Assembly (NCBI GenBank): GCA_010356995.1
Contig: ML996691.1
Span: 62,001 to 103,762, forward strand
DNA: 41,762 nucleotides
DNA from: Trichodelitschia bisporula
Taxonomy: Eukaryota
Direction of reading: 5' to 3'
Shown: positions 11,167 to 22,621 of the stretch, in pieces
Position numbering within the stretch: position 1 is the first letter of the stretch
Layout of the letters: each line of letters begins with the position of its first letter
Translations under genes and position numbers: made by a program
The notes under the pieces: model-generated
The model's database searches: none
The model's input: the letters and a program-made list of their open reading frames with translations, nothing else
Told to the model about the DNA's origin: nothing

Positions 11167-12612
11167 ATGAAGTTGTCCACGCTTGCGGCTGTGTTGCTCG
11201 CTGGTGAAAGCGCCTTGTGTGCAGCTGCTATTGTGAGGCGGGATGCGCAGTTTTTGCAGGGGCAGCCGATTGATGCGGCGGGGAAGGGGGGGCCGATTTT
11301 AGGTATGTGATGCTGGACGGAGAGCGGAGGTCTTGTGCTGATCCGCACAGGCGGGACGAATCACCAGCTCGATCTCCAGAATCCGGATAACCTTGCTCAA
11401 CAGTCGACGGATGCGGGCGTGGTGCCGAATCTGAAGTGGAGCTTTTCCGACTCGAAGACGCGTATATTCAACGGCGGGTGGGTGCGCGAGCAGGTCATTC
11501 AGGATCTGCCGCAGAGTCACGATATTGCTGCTGCTCAACAGCATCTGAAGAAGGGTGCGATTCGCGAGCTCCACTGGCATCGGGTTGTATGTTGATCTCT
11601 CTTTCGCCGGGTGAGCAAACGCTGATATCTGCAGGCTGAATGGGGCATCGTCTACGCGGGGAGCATCATCATCTCGGCAGTAGATGAAGATGGAAAGTAC
11701 GTGGCGGAGACGCTGAACTACGGCGATATCTGGTACTTTCCGAAAGGCGCACCCCACACGGTCCAGGGCCTGGCAGATGAAAACGAGTACCTGCTCGTGT
11801 TCGACGAGGCGGATTTCGACAAAGTCGGGTAGGTCGCATGTCCGCCCACTGAAGCTCCACTGACCATTAGAACCACCTTCAACGTCGATGACTGGATCTC
11901 AAAGACACCGAAAAGCATCCTGGCCAAGAACTTTGGCGTCGACGTCTCCGTGTTCAACAGCATCCCATCGCCGAATCCGTATATCCTCAACGGCACCGTC
12001 AGCAAGAGCAAGGTCTCCGGCGCACCCGCGCAGTCCGGGAACGCGTCCTTCGTATATCGCACGCTGAAGCATCCAGCGGAGAAAGTCCCCGGAGGCGGAG
12101 GAGAGTTTAGGAAAATCGACTCGACCAACTTCCCCGTCAGCAAAACCATTGCCGCTACATTCGTTCGCCTATCGCCTGGGGGACTTCGCGAGCTTCACTG
12201 GCATCCGAATGTACGTCTCCCATTCCATTCACTGCTTTGCTTCTCATCCCTCAGTCATTTCTCTTTGTTGTCTATGCCACCTAAGCTAACGTCCCAGGCC
12301 GAGGAATGGCTATACTTCCACTCCGGCACCGCGCGGGCCACCGTATTCATTGGCTCAGCCAACGCGCGAACATTCGACTTCAGCGGCGGCGACACGGCCG
12401 TTTTCCCAGACAACAGCGGGCACTACATCGAGAACACGTCCAAGACGGAGGACCTGGTGTGGGTGGAGATTTACAAGTCCGATCGCGTGGTTGACATCTC
12501 GCTTGGCCAGTGGCTGGCGCTTACGCCGGCGGATATCGTGTCGCAGACGCTGAAGGTGCCGATTGAGTTCGCGGAGAAGCTGAAAAAGGAGAAGCAGTTG
12601 CTGATCAAGTAA
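11167..12612 (+). CDS. Secreted bicupin, oxalate decarboxylase/oxidase family; exons 11167-11302, 11351-11586, 11635-11828, 11871-12210, 12298-12612
   Basis: Signal peptide MKLSTLAAVLLAG. Two cupin Mn sites: GAIRELHWHRV|AEW..WYFPKGAPHTVQG and GGLRELHWHPN|AEEW..FPDNSGHYIEN. Four GT-AG introns restore the frame. Confidence 0.93.
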
Positions 12613-13200
12613 TGGCCGGGGCGGCCGTTGGGAACGAGCGTCGGTGGAGAGTGTCTTGCGGCTTTCAGCGCTGGGAGAGCGCCTTAATTTAGTCTCTGCA
12701 TAATGAACAATGGAACCACTCAAGTATGGAAAGCCTGTTATGCTTAAAGAAGTATAAAAATGATTGCGACGCCTCAGTGATCACAATCATGGAATTACCT
12801 AGTGCGAGTAGAGTATGATTCCTTAAGCAGAGCAGAGATTATGGCCGTTGGCGTCCCATGGCGTATGCCAAAGGATTCCTGCCGGAAGGAGCTATAGGGC
12901 ACCACTGTATCTTAGCAGAGTTTTCTTCCCACTTCCTCTCTTCATCTTCACAGCATTCAGTCACATACGAGTCACTTGTTTTCACCACGGTTTCGCGTGT
13001 TGCTTGTCGTTGGGCATACTCCCACCAGTACGGAGTACTGCTCGAGCAGTGCAAGTGCTAGGCTGACGACAGATGCCAGCCTTGTCAGACGACAGCGTAT
13101 CTTGCCATCACATGGGATACCCAGCACCCATTACGGTATGAACAAATTCCTCGTCATGGAATTGACTAAAAAGTTCATTGAGTAGTTTCGTACGCCATGG

Positions 13201-13970
13201 TCACGCAAGTACGACATTGACTTTCACCACTAGATACGAGTTTTCCTTCAAAGTGGTAAAAGTCGTTGCCGCCTCTATCATGCCAAGACTGGGTGTAGGG
13301 CCACGTTTAAATCGCCTGAGACCTTCGTATGTCCGAAGTATCTGAGGCTGGCTGACCTGGAGTAGTCCTCGAAGTCTACCAAGCCGCGGAAGTCCAAACG
13401 AGGAACGCAAAATGTCGCCGTTGAGCATACGTCGCGCCACATAGAGTCCTGCCGGAAGTGAGGCTGTGGTGCCAGGTGACGTCAAAACAGGCTGCGACCT
13501 GGGGAGCTGAGATTGCGCCCCAGAGCAGTACTCGCAGAGTGCGGAAGGTGAGGGGAGGAATGGAGAATGCCATTCTGGACTGCGGGGTAATAGCGGGAAA
13601 CCCCGCGCCGAGTCCGTCGTTGGCGGCTCGGCTTGCCAACGCTAGGTACGGGCCGGTCCGTAAGCTTGTGATGATCCCCGCGTGGACCCCGCCTAGACCA
13701 AAAAGAGGGTCTTATGTGCAGTCCCGTGGAAATGCAGTTCACGAATACGTTCACAAACGCTATGAGACGAGAAACAAACACTGCGAGACAACAGTATTCC
13801 GGACAAATATTGACGAGACTTGTGTACGGTAGCGCCAGCCGCCAGCCGCCAGCCGCAGCCTTGCGTCTGAATGATCAGGCTTTGACACCCTTGCCCGGAC
13901 TGACTGCCATCATTACGGTAGCTGATATCCTTTCAGCCCCCTCATGCGGGGAACCGGCTTATTTCCGCAA
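13201..13970 (-). pseudogene. Frameshifted, internally deleted paralog of the adjacent HET gene (copy A), including upstream region
   Basis: Minus-strand peptides in three frames (RGP..PSVGKP, GFPAITPQ, PSALCEYC) match the HET N-terminus (RGP..SRVGKP, GAPTTTRQ, PSGLCEGC). Ends VNVVLA* versus RDVVLA* (15/17 nt identical at the stop). Confidence 0.7.
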
Positions 13971-14197
13971 CCGGCGGCGCATTGGAGCCCAACTATGCGT
14001 GAGCGACTGCTTTCAGGAAGAGGCATTATCGCAGCCAGTGTGCCCAGTCGACGCGTCGGGCTTCGTCCGGACCGGACGCTCCACTCTCACTCGACTAAAA
14101 AGACCTCATCGGGCCGCTAGCCGATCGCCCCAACGAGGTTCCGGACTGTCGAGTGACCTTTACCAAGTGCTAGATTTCAACGTCAGTCCCTATCCTC

Positions 14198-14300
14198 CGT
14201 ATCGTCACATCGCCGCATCATCATATCGTTGCATCATCACATCGTTGCATCATCGTATCGTCGCATCATCGCATTGCTGTATCGCCACTTCGTCGCAATC
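14198..14300. repeat. Degenerate ~8-bp tandem repeat (CATCGTYG-like)
   Basis: cgtatcgtcacatcgccgcatcatcatatcgttgcatcatcacatcgttgcatcatcgtatcgtcgcatc... Confidence 0.7.
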
Positions 14301-14471
14301 GCCTCTAAGATTGTTATGCAGATGCGCTGAAAATGCTGTATGTGATGATGATGTGGCTATGCGCCGAAATGGTAGCGTAGGGAGAAATATGGTGTTCGAT
14401 TAGGCACTGCTAACAGATTCCTCGTCATCAAATCGAGTACACAGTAGATGGACCATCTTCACACCCTATCG

Positions 14472-16868
14472 TCAAGCAAGTACAACATCCCTTAACACTG
14501 CCCCCTCCATCCCGCGCTCATGAATATGCCCCACACCAACCCTAACCGCCACATCCTCCTTCCACTCAACAAGCATGACGTGGTACATCTTCTTCCCATG
14601 ACCCAAACGACTATCAAACCTCGCAATCTTCAAGTAGCTGTGGAAGCTAATTTTGTCAGAAAAGCTCGAAAGAAGCACGAGGTCGCACGGCTCGCGCGCC
14701 GCCCGCTTAGCGTCGGGCGGGACGATCATCGTCATAGCCCCAACCCACACCTGCCCGGCGAAGATTTTAAAAACTCCTGTTTCGCCCGGTGCAATTCGGC
14801 AGGCCCTCAGGCGAGAACGTGAAAGAGCGGTATACGGCGTAGTCTCGCGTTCCAATGTGATGCAACGCGTAGCAAAACAGAGGTGCACCGGAAGCTGCAG
14901 ATCCACAATGCCGGACCTGTCACTCTGGCCAGGCTTGTACACGCTCCCATCCCCCGCGCAGATCATCCACTCTTCTACCTCTCTTTGACATGGCTGGAAA
15001 GTTGGCTGACCCCATTGCGCCTCGGTCAGGTGGCTCATTCTTGGATACTCCACCTGCCCGATCCACCCTGCCCAAGCCCAGGTGGGCCACTCTTCCCGCC
15101 TGCGCTCCGGTGCTTGCCAGGGGATCCAAACCAAACTCCACTCAAAAAGTACGTCTTCTGGTAAGCCGACTACGAACCGCGCTTCTAGGAAATCCCCTAA
15201 CCGACTGAGTACTCCCGCCGCCGCGTTCACGGCATCGGAGTCGAAGCTCAACTTCCTCGCCGTGTAATCCGATACAGCGACTGAATAGCTTGCGATCATG
15301 TTTGGGCTCCCTTCCGGCCCGGAATATTGACCGGAATCCGTCTGCAGTAGAGGTGCGAGTCTGGTGTTGCTCGGGTCGGAGGGCAGGAACGGCTCGATGA
15401 CATCTTCGTATGCGATGCCGGATTGACAGGCGAAAATGCTTTGGCCCTCTGAGAAGATCATCAGGCGCGACGACAGGAGATGTTCCTGCCACGTCCACCC
15501 GCGGCGGGACCAGGGCGTAGACTGCATCACCATCCGCATACTCTGGGCACCGATGACGAACCTCTGCCCTTGAATGTCAAACACCGGGCGCTCAGGCCTA
15601 GAACTAGCCCGCCATCCGGGGAGCCCTGGCTCGGCATCCACCGACGCAGCGACGATAGTCAGAGCAGCGGACGAATAAACGGCATCCATCTGCAGAATCT
15701 GCATCTCCTTATCCGCCTCGCTATCCTGGAAGATGCAGAGCGCATCGACCCACAGATATCGCTCCTCAAGCGCTTCCACCGCTTCCAGCGCATCCTGTAC
15801 CGTGTCTGACAGTACGGCGTCCAGTCCCCCCGGCGTGTAGAGCGCATCCTTCGTCCGCTGCTCCAGCATTACGGTGTTCGATCCTGCCCACACGTAGCTC
15901 AGCGCGACCCATGATGCGCCCGGCGGGGCATCTACTACGCATCGGCGCTGTACGTCGAGGAGGCGCATTTCCACCGGCACATTTGCCTTGTGGCCTGGGT
16001 CGTCGGGGAAAACCTTCTTCGGGGCGGCACAGCGGCTGTGCCCGCAAAGACACGCCTTGTACCACGCCTTCAGCAGCATACGGTTTACCTGGCTTTCAGG
16101 CATGCGGGCACACTCACGCGCCACTTCACCGGGGGGAGTGACGAGGTGGGCATCATCGGCCAGAAGGCGCATGTTTACCCTCGGAGCGTTCCAGTACCAG
16201 AGGGAGAAGCTGGCACGGTCGGCGGGCTCGGAGAAGTACACATGCTGTGTCCCGGTAGAGCTTACGCTGAAGTGCACGGATAAATTGGCACTGTCGAAGA
16301 TCCTGCCGAAGGTGGGGTCCTTCTGCCAGTCGTGCGTGGCGACGGTGGTGTGCCAGGCATGCGCGAGGAGGGCGCAGAGCGCGCAATTGGGTGTGCGGAG
16401 TGCGCGCGAGAGCACACCGGGTTCCAGTGGGGTGTGCCAGGGGGCCCTGCTGGGATCGCAAAGCGAGCAGGGGCCTTTGGTGAGTGCGCACGAGAGCACG
16501 GGAGCTACGAGTGCGGGGGATTCGACATCGTACATGAGACGCCTTTTGATGGGGGTCGTGAGCATTTTGAAGCAGTCCTCGCAGGGCTGGTCGGAGACGT
16601 CCCCGAGCGCGGGAGTTTCGACTTTGTGCATAAGATGGGATCTGAGGGAGGCCGCGGTTTGGATGCAGCCCTCGCAGAGGCCGGAGGGCACGGGGGACGA
16701 CGGAGGGGACGCAAGTACGGGTTGCCGGGTAGTGGTGGGAGCGCCGAGCGGAGTCGCCCGTTTGAGGATCGGCTTGCCGACTCTGGATGCCGGTCCTGAC
16801 TTGTGGACCGCGCCGTGTGCTTGGGATGGACCACGCGTGGATTTTGGGGGTTCGCGGCCTTTGGCCAT
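14472..16868 (-). CDS. HET-domain (heterokaryon incompatibility, TOL-like) protein, 798 aa, intronless
   Basis: HET blocks RLLDV..RCVV..WVALSYVW, YLWVDALCIFQD..DKEMQILQMDAVYSSAALTIVAA and PWSRRGWTWQEHLLSSRLMIF. Downstream YTARKLSFDSD and WPTWAWAGW; C-terminal VMLVEW..VAVRVGVG. Confidence 0.93.
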   Translation of the reverse strand: MAKGREPPKSTRGPSQAHGAVHKSGPASRVGKPILKRATPLGAPTTTRQPVLASPPSSPVPSGLCEGCIQTAASLRSHLMHKVETPALGDVSDQPCEDCFKMLTTPIKRRLMYDVESPALVAPVLSCALTKGPCSLCDPSRAPWHTPLEPGVLSRALRTPNCALCALLAHAWHTTVATHDWQKDPTFGRIFDSANLSVHFSVSSTGTQHVYFSEPADRASFSLWYWNAPRVNMRLLADDAHLVTPPGEVARECARMPESQVNRMLLKAWYKACLCGHSRCAAPKKVFPDDPGHKANVPVEMRLLDVQRRCVVDAPPGASWVALSYVWAGSNTVMLEQRTKDALYTPGGLDAVLSDTVQDALEAVEALEERYLWVDALCIFQDSEADKEMQILQMDAVYSSAALTIVAASVDAEPGLPGWRASSRPERPVFDIQGQRFVIGAQSMRMVMQSTPWSRRGWTWQEHLLSSRLMIFSEGQSIFACQSGIAYEDVIEPFLPSDPSNTRLAPLLQTDSGQYSGPEGSPNMIASYSVAVSDYTARKLSFDSDAVNAAAGVLSRLGDFLEARFVVGLPEDVLFEWSLVWIPWQAPERRREEWPTWAWAGWIGQVEYPRMSHLTEAQWGQPTFQPCQREVEEWMICAGDGSVYKPGQSDRSGIVDLQLPVHLCFATRCITLERETTPYTALSRSRLRACRIAPGETGVFKIFAGQVWVGAMTMIVPPDAKRAAREPCDLVLLSSFSDKISFHSYLKIARFDSRLGHGKKMYHVMLVEWKEDVAVRVGVGHIHERGMEGAVLRDVVLA

Positions 16869-17194
16869 CGTTCTGGCCGATGACAGGATAATGCTGTTGA
16901 AGTCCAGCGGAAGCGTTTGAGGCGAATACGTATTCGAACGCTTTGATGGAATGAAACAAGCACTTATAGGTAGTAGGATTCTGGATAACCCTTTGGACTG
17001 GGCCGGCGCTGCATCGTGTAGCTTTATCTCTCTTAATAGAGGAGGATCTGCGTGCTAAGTCTCAGCTCGCTGACCCATGTGGGTGCCTTTGATCGGCAGG
17101 AATTGGTGGGGCGGAGGGCTCTACGGTACGCACTTTATCGAGATCGGCGGGCATGCATGGCACCTTGTACCGACGTCACAGATCAAGGTCCATT

Positions 17195-18450
17195 TCAGTT
17201 CTCAACCCACGCGTGACCTTGCAGCCCCGACGACCTCACTGACCACGCTCGCATGAGGACGCTGAGTCGCGGAGTTGGTGGCGCTTCCTGCACCTCACAG
17301 CGTCCCTTCAAAATTCTCTCAATGCGCCACAGTTGTACCAGAGTATTGGCGTAGATTCCCTTATCAGCACCGATCGTCAACCAGAGCCTTGTGTCCAAAT
17401 TATCCGAGGCTGACGGGCCTTGAGTCGCTCTCAAAGCCCAACGGGACGCGTAAGCCTAAACAGGAACGTAAATGTCGTTGTTGAGCACATGTCGTGTAAC
17501 GAACTGCCGTGCCGGAAGTGAGGCCGTGACTCCAAGTGACGTCGAAAAAGGCTGTGGCCGGGGCAGGTGAAGAAGTGCTAAAGAGTAGCATCCCAGATTA
17601 GGACAGGGTGAGGAAGAACGGACAGGACACCGTCGCGAGTAGAGGTATGATGATGGGGGTCGTGGGGGAGGATGGAGGAGACGTCGTGTACATTGCGGGG
17701 TATTGGCGGGGACTGCCGACGCTAGCTACGGGCCGAGCCGTTAGGGTACCCTATGACGATCCTCGCACGGACCCAGGCTCAATCGAACACAGAGCTTTAT
17801 TGTTGAAGTCCGACGACAACGTCCTGTCTGAATACGTATCCGAACACTATAACTGAACGAAATGGAGACTATGAGACTATAGGATTTGGGAGAGCCCTCC
17901 GCGCGACTGGTGGAGCATTATGCAGCTTGATCGATCTCGACATCGGGGGCTTTGGGTATTGGACCTCAGCTTGTTGCTCGACACCTCACCGGCATTTCAC
18001 TCAAGGTCAGGACGTCGATGCACAAGCTGCTGCTACTGGCCGTAAAGCCAGTGGTGCTGCGGCGTTTCTTCCGGCGCTGCGGCGCGTGGTTGAGATGTGC
18101 AACAAGCAAAACGCTCACAAGCTCGACGCCACTATATCCCGGGTCAACGGAGAGGCACGTAAGGTCGAGGCGGACGCGCTTACAAACCCATCACCTGTGA
18201 TGGATAGAAATAGACAGACGGCAGGCTCTATCTAGACTGGCCGGTAGGCATGGGCACCAAGTACGCCTACGGACATGTGTTCCGGTTGTCCTAGATCAGA
18301 GCTCTCCCTCATACGGTACTGACTGCCACCCTAAGCCTTTGCCTTCGGATACTCGGACTGTGTTCTATCCTCGCCTAGGTTTAGAATTTCACTATTCGCT
18401 GATATCCTTGCAGCCCCTATCATGCACGGGCGGCCTTTTTCCGCAAAGGG
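17195..18450 (-). pseudogene. Second decayed HET-related unit (copy C): upstream region plus 5' coding remnant
   Basis: 17460-17590 aligns with 13400-13530 (gccggaagtgaggc.gtg..cca.gtgacgtc.aaa.aggctg). 17800-17860 aligns with the HET 5' leader 16895-16950 (tgttgaagtcc..gaatacgtat.cgaac). 18398-18447 aligns with 13921-13970. Contains stops. Confidence 0.65.
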
Positions 18451-18643
18451 CCAAAGAGCGCGGCGGAGAGTCCAAGGGTCCCATGTTGCTGGAGTCCGGG
18501 ACTGAAGATTTGAGAAAGCGGCAGTTATGACGACAAGGGAACTTCAAGGCATGCCTGAGTCAAACAGTGGGGCCTTACGTCAGGAAGTCACAGTAATCAG
18601 CCACGCTCAACATCATGCAACGCTCGACTCTGCCATTATCTGA

Positions 18644-20025
18644 TTACGCATCAGGCGCAAACACCATGGTCATTATCCCCATGTTCTCCTGCTCCATGCC
18701 ATGCGACTCTCGCAGTGGATGCTCCTTCGTATCGTACGTCGCCTCGAGCCGAATCTTGTCGCCAACCTTGACGGCCACGGGATCGTTGCACTCGGTCATC
18801 GTCCCAATCGTACTCCACGTCTTGCCGTCGACGGTGATGGTACCGCCGGGCCCGCCATAGATAGCCTTCGATGCGCAGTACAGCTTCCCGTTAATGTACA
18901 TGTTAACGCCGGTGCCGCCGTCGTGCATGTGCCCGCGCGCCAGCACGATGTGTCCGTTGCGGTACACCTCGTAACCATCAGTCGCAACCACGCCCGCGGT
19001 GTTCTTCGCGGGCTTCCATGCAAAGTTTTTGCCGTCGCAGCCTACGAAATCAGCTGAATCCAATACGCTGTGTCAAGGACATATTTCAGTACGTACCGAC
19101 GGCAGAGAGCACGCCCTGCTCCGCATCGCTGCCCACTTTGCCCGGCAGAAACTCCAGGTCCGTCTCGATGTACACTTGCTGCGGCTCCTTGAGGTAGTTG
19201 ATCATCTCGGCCTGTATGGCGAAGTTGTTGTCTTTGATGTAGTAGCCGCTGGGGAATCTGCCGTCGCGAGTGGTGTAGAATTGGGTGAAGTCATCCTACA
19301 CTGTTAGCGGGTGTTGACTAGCGACAGGCAACGTACCACAGCGCCGCCAATAAAGGTGTTAATCCCGCCAGCGCCGCCCGCCTTCAATGGCTTCCCAGCA
19401 AAGGTGACGTTAGTCGGGCACGCTGTGACAAACCCACTGAGGCTCTTGCTCAGGTCAATGGCGATGGCATGATGCAGATACACTCCTCCTTCGATCTTTG
19501 CCGCCGTTCCGTTCGCCCACACAACTTGCTGCACAACATTAGTAGAGCCTGGAGCATCTGTTTCGGCCACGGACCATCTTGCCAGACAGTACAGTGCAGT
19601 CAGTGCACATGGCACCTTTCTTCAACATCTTGAACGTCGAGAATCCATTCGGATCCATCGCCTGCTGCGCCGTAAGGATGGAGAGCATCTCAGCAAGACC
19701 ACCCGTCTTCCCGGGCTGCGTCATCGCCCCCGGCCCACCTCCGTGCGAATGCCCGGCCTCCATCTTTGGCTCGTCCTAGGCGGTTCAGTGTCGGCCTTTT
19801 TCGCAGCGCACAACGCACCTTCATCGGCGGCAGGGTAAACGGTCCGTACCGCGTAACCTTTCGCTGAGCATCCGAGCGCAACTTCGGCGTCGCAGACTGC
19901 ACGCTCGCGGGACTCGCGCTGTACGACGCGGGCATCAACCCGAGCAGGAAGTCTGTAACGCCCTGGCGGCGCTCGAGAGGCGCCGCCGCAGCGAGAGCGA
20001 GCGGGAGGAACAGTGCGGTCTTCAT
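18644..20025 (-). CDS. Secreted protein with PHM/copper type II monooxygenase-like metal motifs; exons 20025-19819, 19775-19575, 19528-19337, 19295-19097, 19041-18644
   Basis: Signal peptide plus basic RR processing site (MKTALFLPLALAAAAPLERRQ). Four canonical introns restore one frame. Motifs MCTDCTVL, GVYLHHA, QAEMINY, GHMHDGG, YCASKAIYG and ENMGIM. Gene structure is firm; the function is inferred. Confidence 0.8.
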
Positions 20026-22079
20026 CGTGGAATGAGTGACTTTGGCGACGCTGCCGCTGCAATGGGGCTAGCAGCGCATATACATCGGCGGCGGGCTCCC
20101 GTGGGACGCGCCGAAATTGCGCCCTCATTGCTCGCTCATTGGATTTGCTTAGACCCTTCCGTCGGAGGGTGTGCCGGCGGCCATTAGGACTACGGGCCTG
20201 GGGGTCTGCTTCCCCGGCGTGATGCGGGCGTGAACGGCCAATATAGCTGCGGTGCTGGATCAATCTGGCCTGCGCTGTAGGTGCACGATGTTTGGCCCAA
20301 GAGTTTGGGATTGAGGTCACGGGCCTAGCCACTTGCGCTGCGGGCGATGCGTTCCACGGGCCGACTCCACAGTGCTCGGGTTCGTTTAACGGTCAGGGCG
20401 GGCGCGAGTCGTGCCCTGAACAACGGACGGCGGGGTCATGTGACTCTGGCGAGGCTGAAGCGTGCGGCGGGTGTGATTCAGCTGGCTGCTCTTGATTTGT
20501 GTGTCCCACACCTTGGATATTGCCCTAAACCATGGTCTGAGTGATCCGCGGGTAGATCCCGAATTATGCGGGGTCTCGGTGCGTCGGTGGCTCGTTCTGC
20601 AGGTAATTTGTGTGAGTTTTCCGCTCAACTAGACTTTGGGCCTGGAGCGGCATGGTTTAACAAGGTACCTGCGCCCGTTCTCGACCGCTTAATAACTGAT
20701 AGGCATGCGGTCTGTTACTGGAGATGGAATCTTAAGGGAATGGTGGCAAGGGGCTCGTCGGAAAGGAGAATCGGCTTTGAGAGAAGAGGCTAACTGCCTG
20801 CTCTAGACACTGCCTTCCATTCGCCTGATCCGCCGCATGATCCAATTGTTTCAACAATCGAATGGAGGGTGAGTGTGTCTCTCCACACGGACCACATTTT
20901 CCATAACGTTGGCTTCCTTAGTCCCCACCATGGCAGCTTGTCGGTGTCTCTCGGCTCAGAAGGCTTTACCAAACCCTCCCAGTCAATCTCTAGGCTGCAC
21001 TTGACGACATCTGATATTATACTTCGATCACAAGCTGCGCTCATCATTGCTTAAAGAATGGAGTACCTTCATTCCTATGTAAAGGTCAATTTCGTCCACT
21101 GTCAACAGCCTGGAGCACCTGAGCCGTCGGCAGAGTTTCCAGCACGCTCAGCCGTACATGCTGCCCGACTTCGCCTGAAGCCTGGTCACGCCCCAACTGT
21201 CAGACTTGACGATGTCTCGAAGCTTTAGAGATTGCTGGTGAACCGCGTCGTCGAAGCCGGATGTTTTGAAAAGTAAAGCCTTCGTGTCAAACGTACCTGC
21301 TGAAAACTGCCAGTGCCCATCGTTGATTATCTGCGACTCGGCCGGACGCACCGGACACGAAAGGGAGATGGTTCGCCGGCGCGTCACCCATTGTAAATGG
21401 AGCGATTGAATGAGGCCAGGGAAGAGTAGAGACATATAATACTGAGACTGCTGCTGGAAAGACCAGTGAGGTCCCTTCAATTGTTCCGGAATCTTTGGAG
21501 AGCAAGCACGACCTCGTCGCTGACTTTCGATTTGTATTCCCCTTTACCACTCTCTTTCACATTCCAACATATCCATTTCCAAAGTCCGGAAAAGGAGCAC
21601 CTCAACCCCGACATAGTGTTCTGACCCCATTTCCTCGGTGCAAGGACATCAGCAGTAGAAACCTTCTGTACGTGCTTCCTTGCTTTTGTATGCGGCCGCA
21701 ATCTGACCAACAGTCATCACATTACGGACCCAGGGAGCAGACAGATATAACGGAAGACAATAGCGATATCGATGTGGGTGCATAAGACATTGAGGCACCA
21801 AGGCAGATGTTGTTGCAGGGCAGCATATTTACTTGGGAAGGAACTTACCATTCTTGCGGATGGTTCTTGCCAAAGGAAGGTGCACAGTCATGCTGGGTAC
21901 CCAAATGAGGCAGGCACCGACGACGCAATAATAGTAATGGAAGGAGCCACGGAGCACGTCATATTTATATATTCTAGAAAGCCTCTTAACTCTCTCCCTT
22001 TCCACATCTTTTCTTAAACTTCAGTTTTCAACGCAGCCTTTGTATGTGAAGACCTCTACTCCCATTGAGAGATATTGAA

Positions 22080-22621
22080 ATGGAGCAAAACTCATCCGAC
22101 GTATCGATGAGCGAGCGGCCAGCGAAGAAGCAGCGTACGAAGCAGTTACCGGTGCAACGGCCGCGGCGACCACTGGAACCGCCAGGAGCACCGAAGAAGC
22201 AGCTCTCGCCGCCAATGATGGTGCAATTGAAAAAAGAGTGGGCTCGGGCCGACGAACTGGAGAGGAGGCTACGCGAGTGCGATAGTCTAACTGGACTGAG
22301 CCAATTCCACGAACTCTCCCGCTCAACAGTACGTGATCCTATTCTTCAATATCTCGGCTTACTTATCACAGTTCCAGGAAAGAGGAGAACATCCATCTTT
22401 GTCAGACTTGCGACTTACTTCTCTGCCCACAGGAGAGATGCCCGGCTGAAGGCTTAGAAGGGCCTGCCTACCAACGCACAATCCGTGCGGTGAAGCTAGT
22501 CAAGAAGACCACCAATTCCAAACGCTTGTTCTCTGCATTGCAGATCGTTCAAGACGGCTTTAATCGCAACGAGCAACTTCGACAGCAGCAGCAGGAAGAG
22601 CTGGCACAGGATTTGAAGTAA
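22080..22621 (+). CDS. Small orphan protein, possibly nuclear (RPAKKQR); probable intron 22329-22432
   Basis: GTACGT donor after ..ELSRST and CCCACAG acceptor give phase-0 continuation ERCPAEGLEG..QQQQEELAQDLK*. Confidence 0.5.

Noticed and set aside
13201..18450. Flanking direct repeats read as LTRs of a retroelement carrying the HET gene
   Set aside because: The repeats are homologous to the HET gene's own leader and N-terminus; no TG..CA ends, primer-binding site or gag/pol seen.
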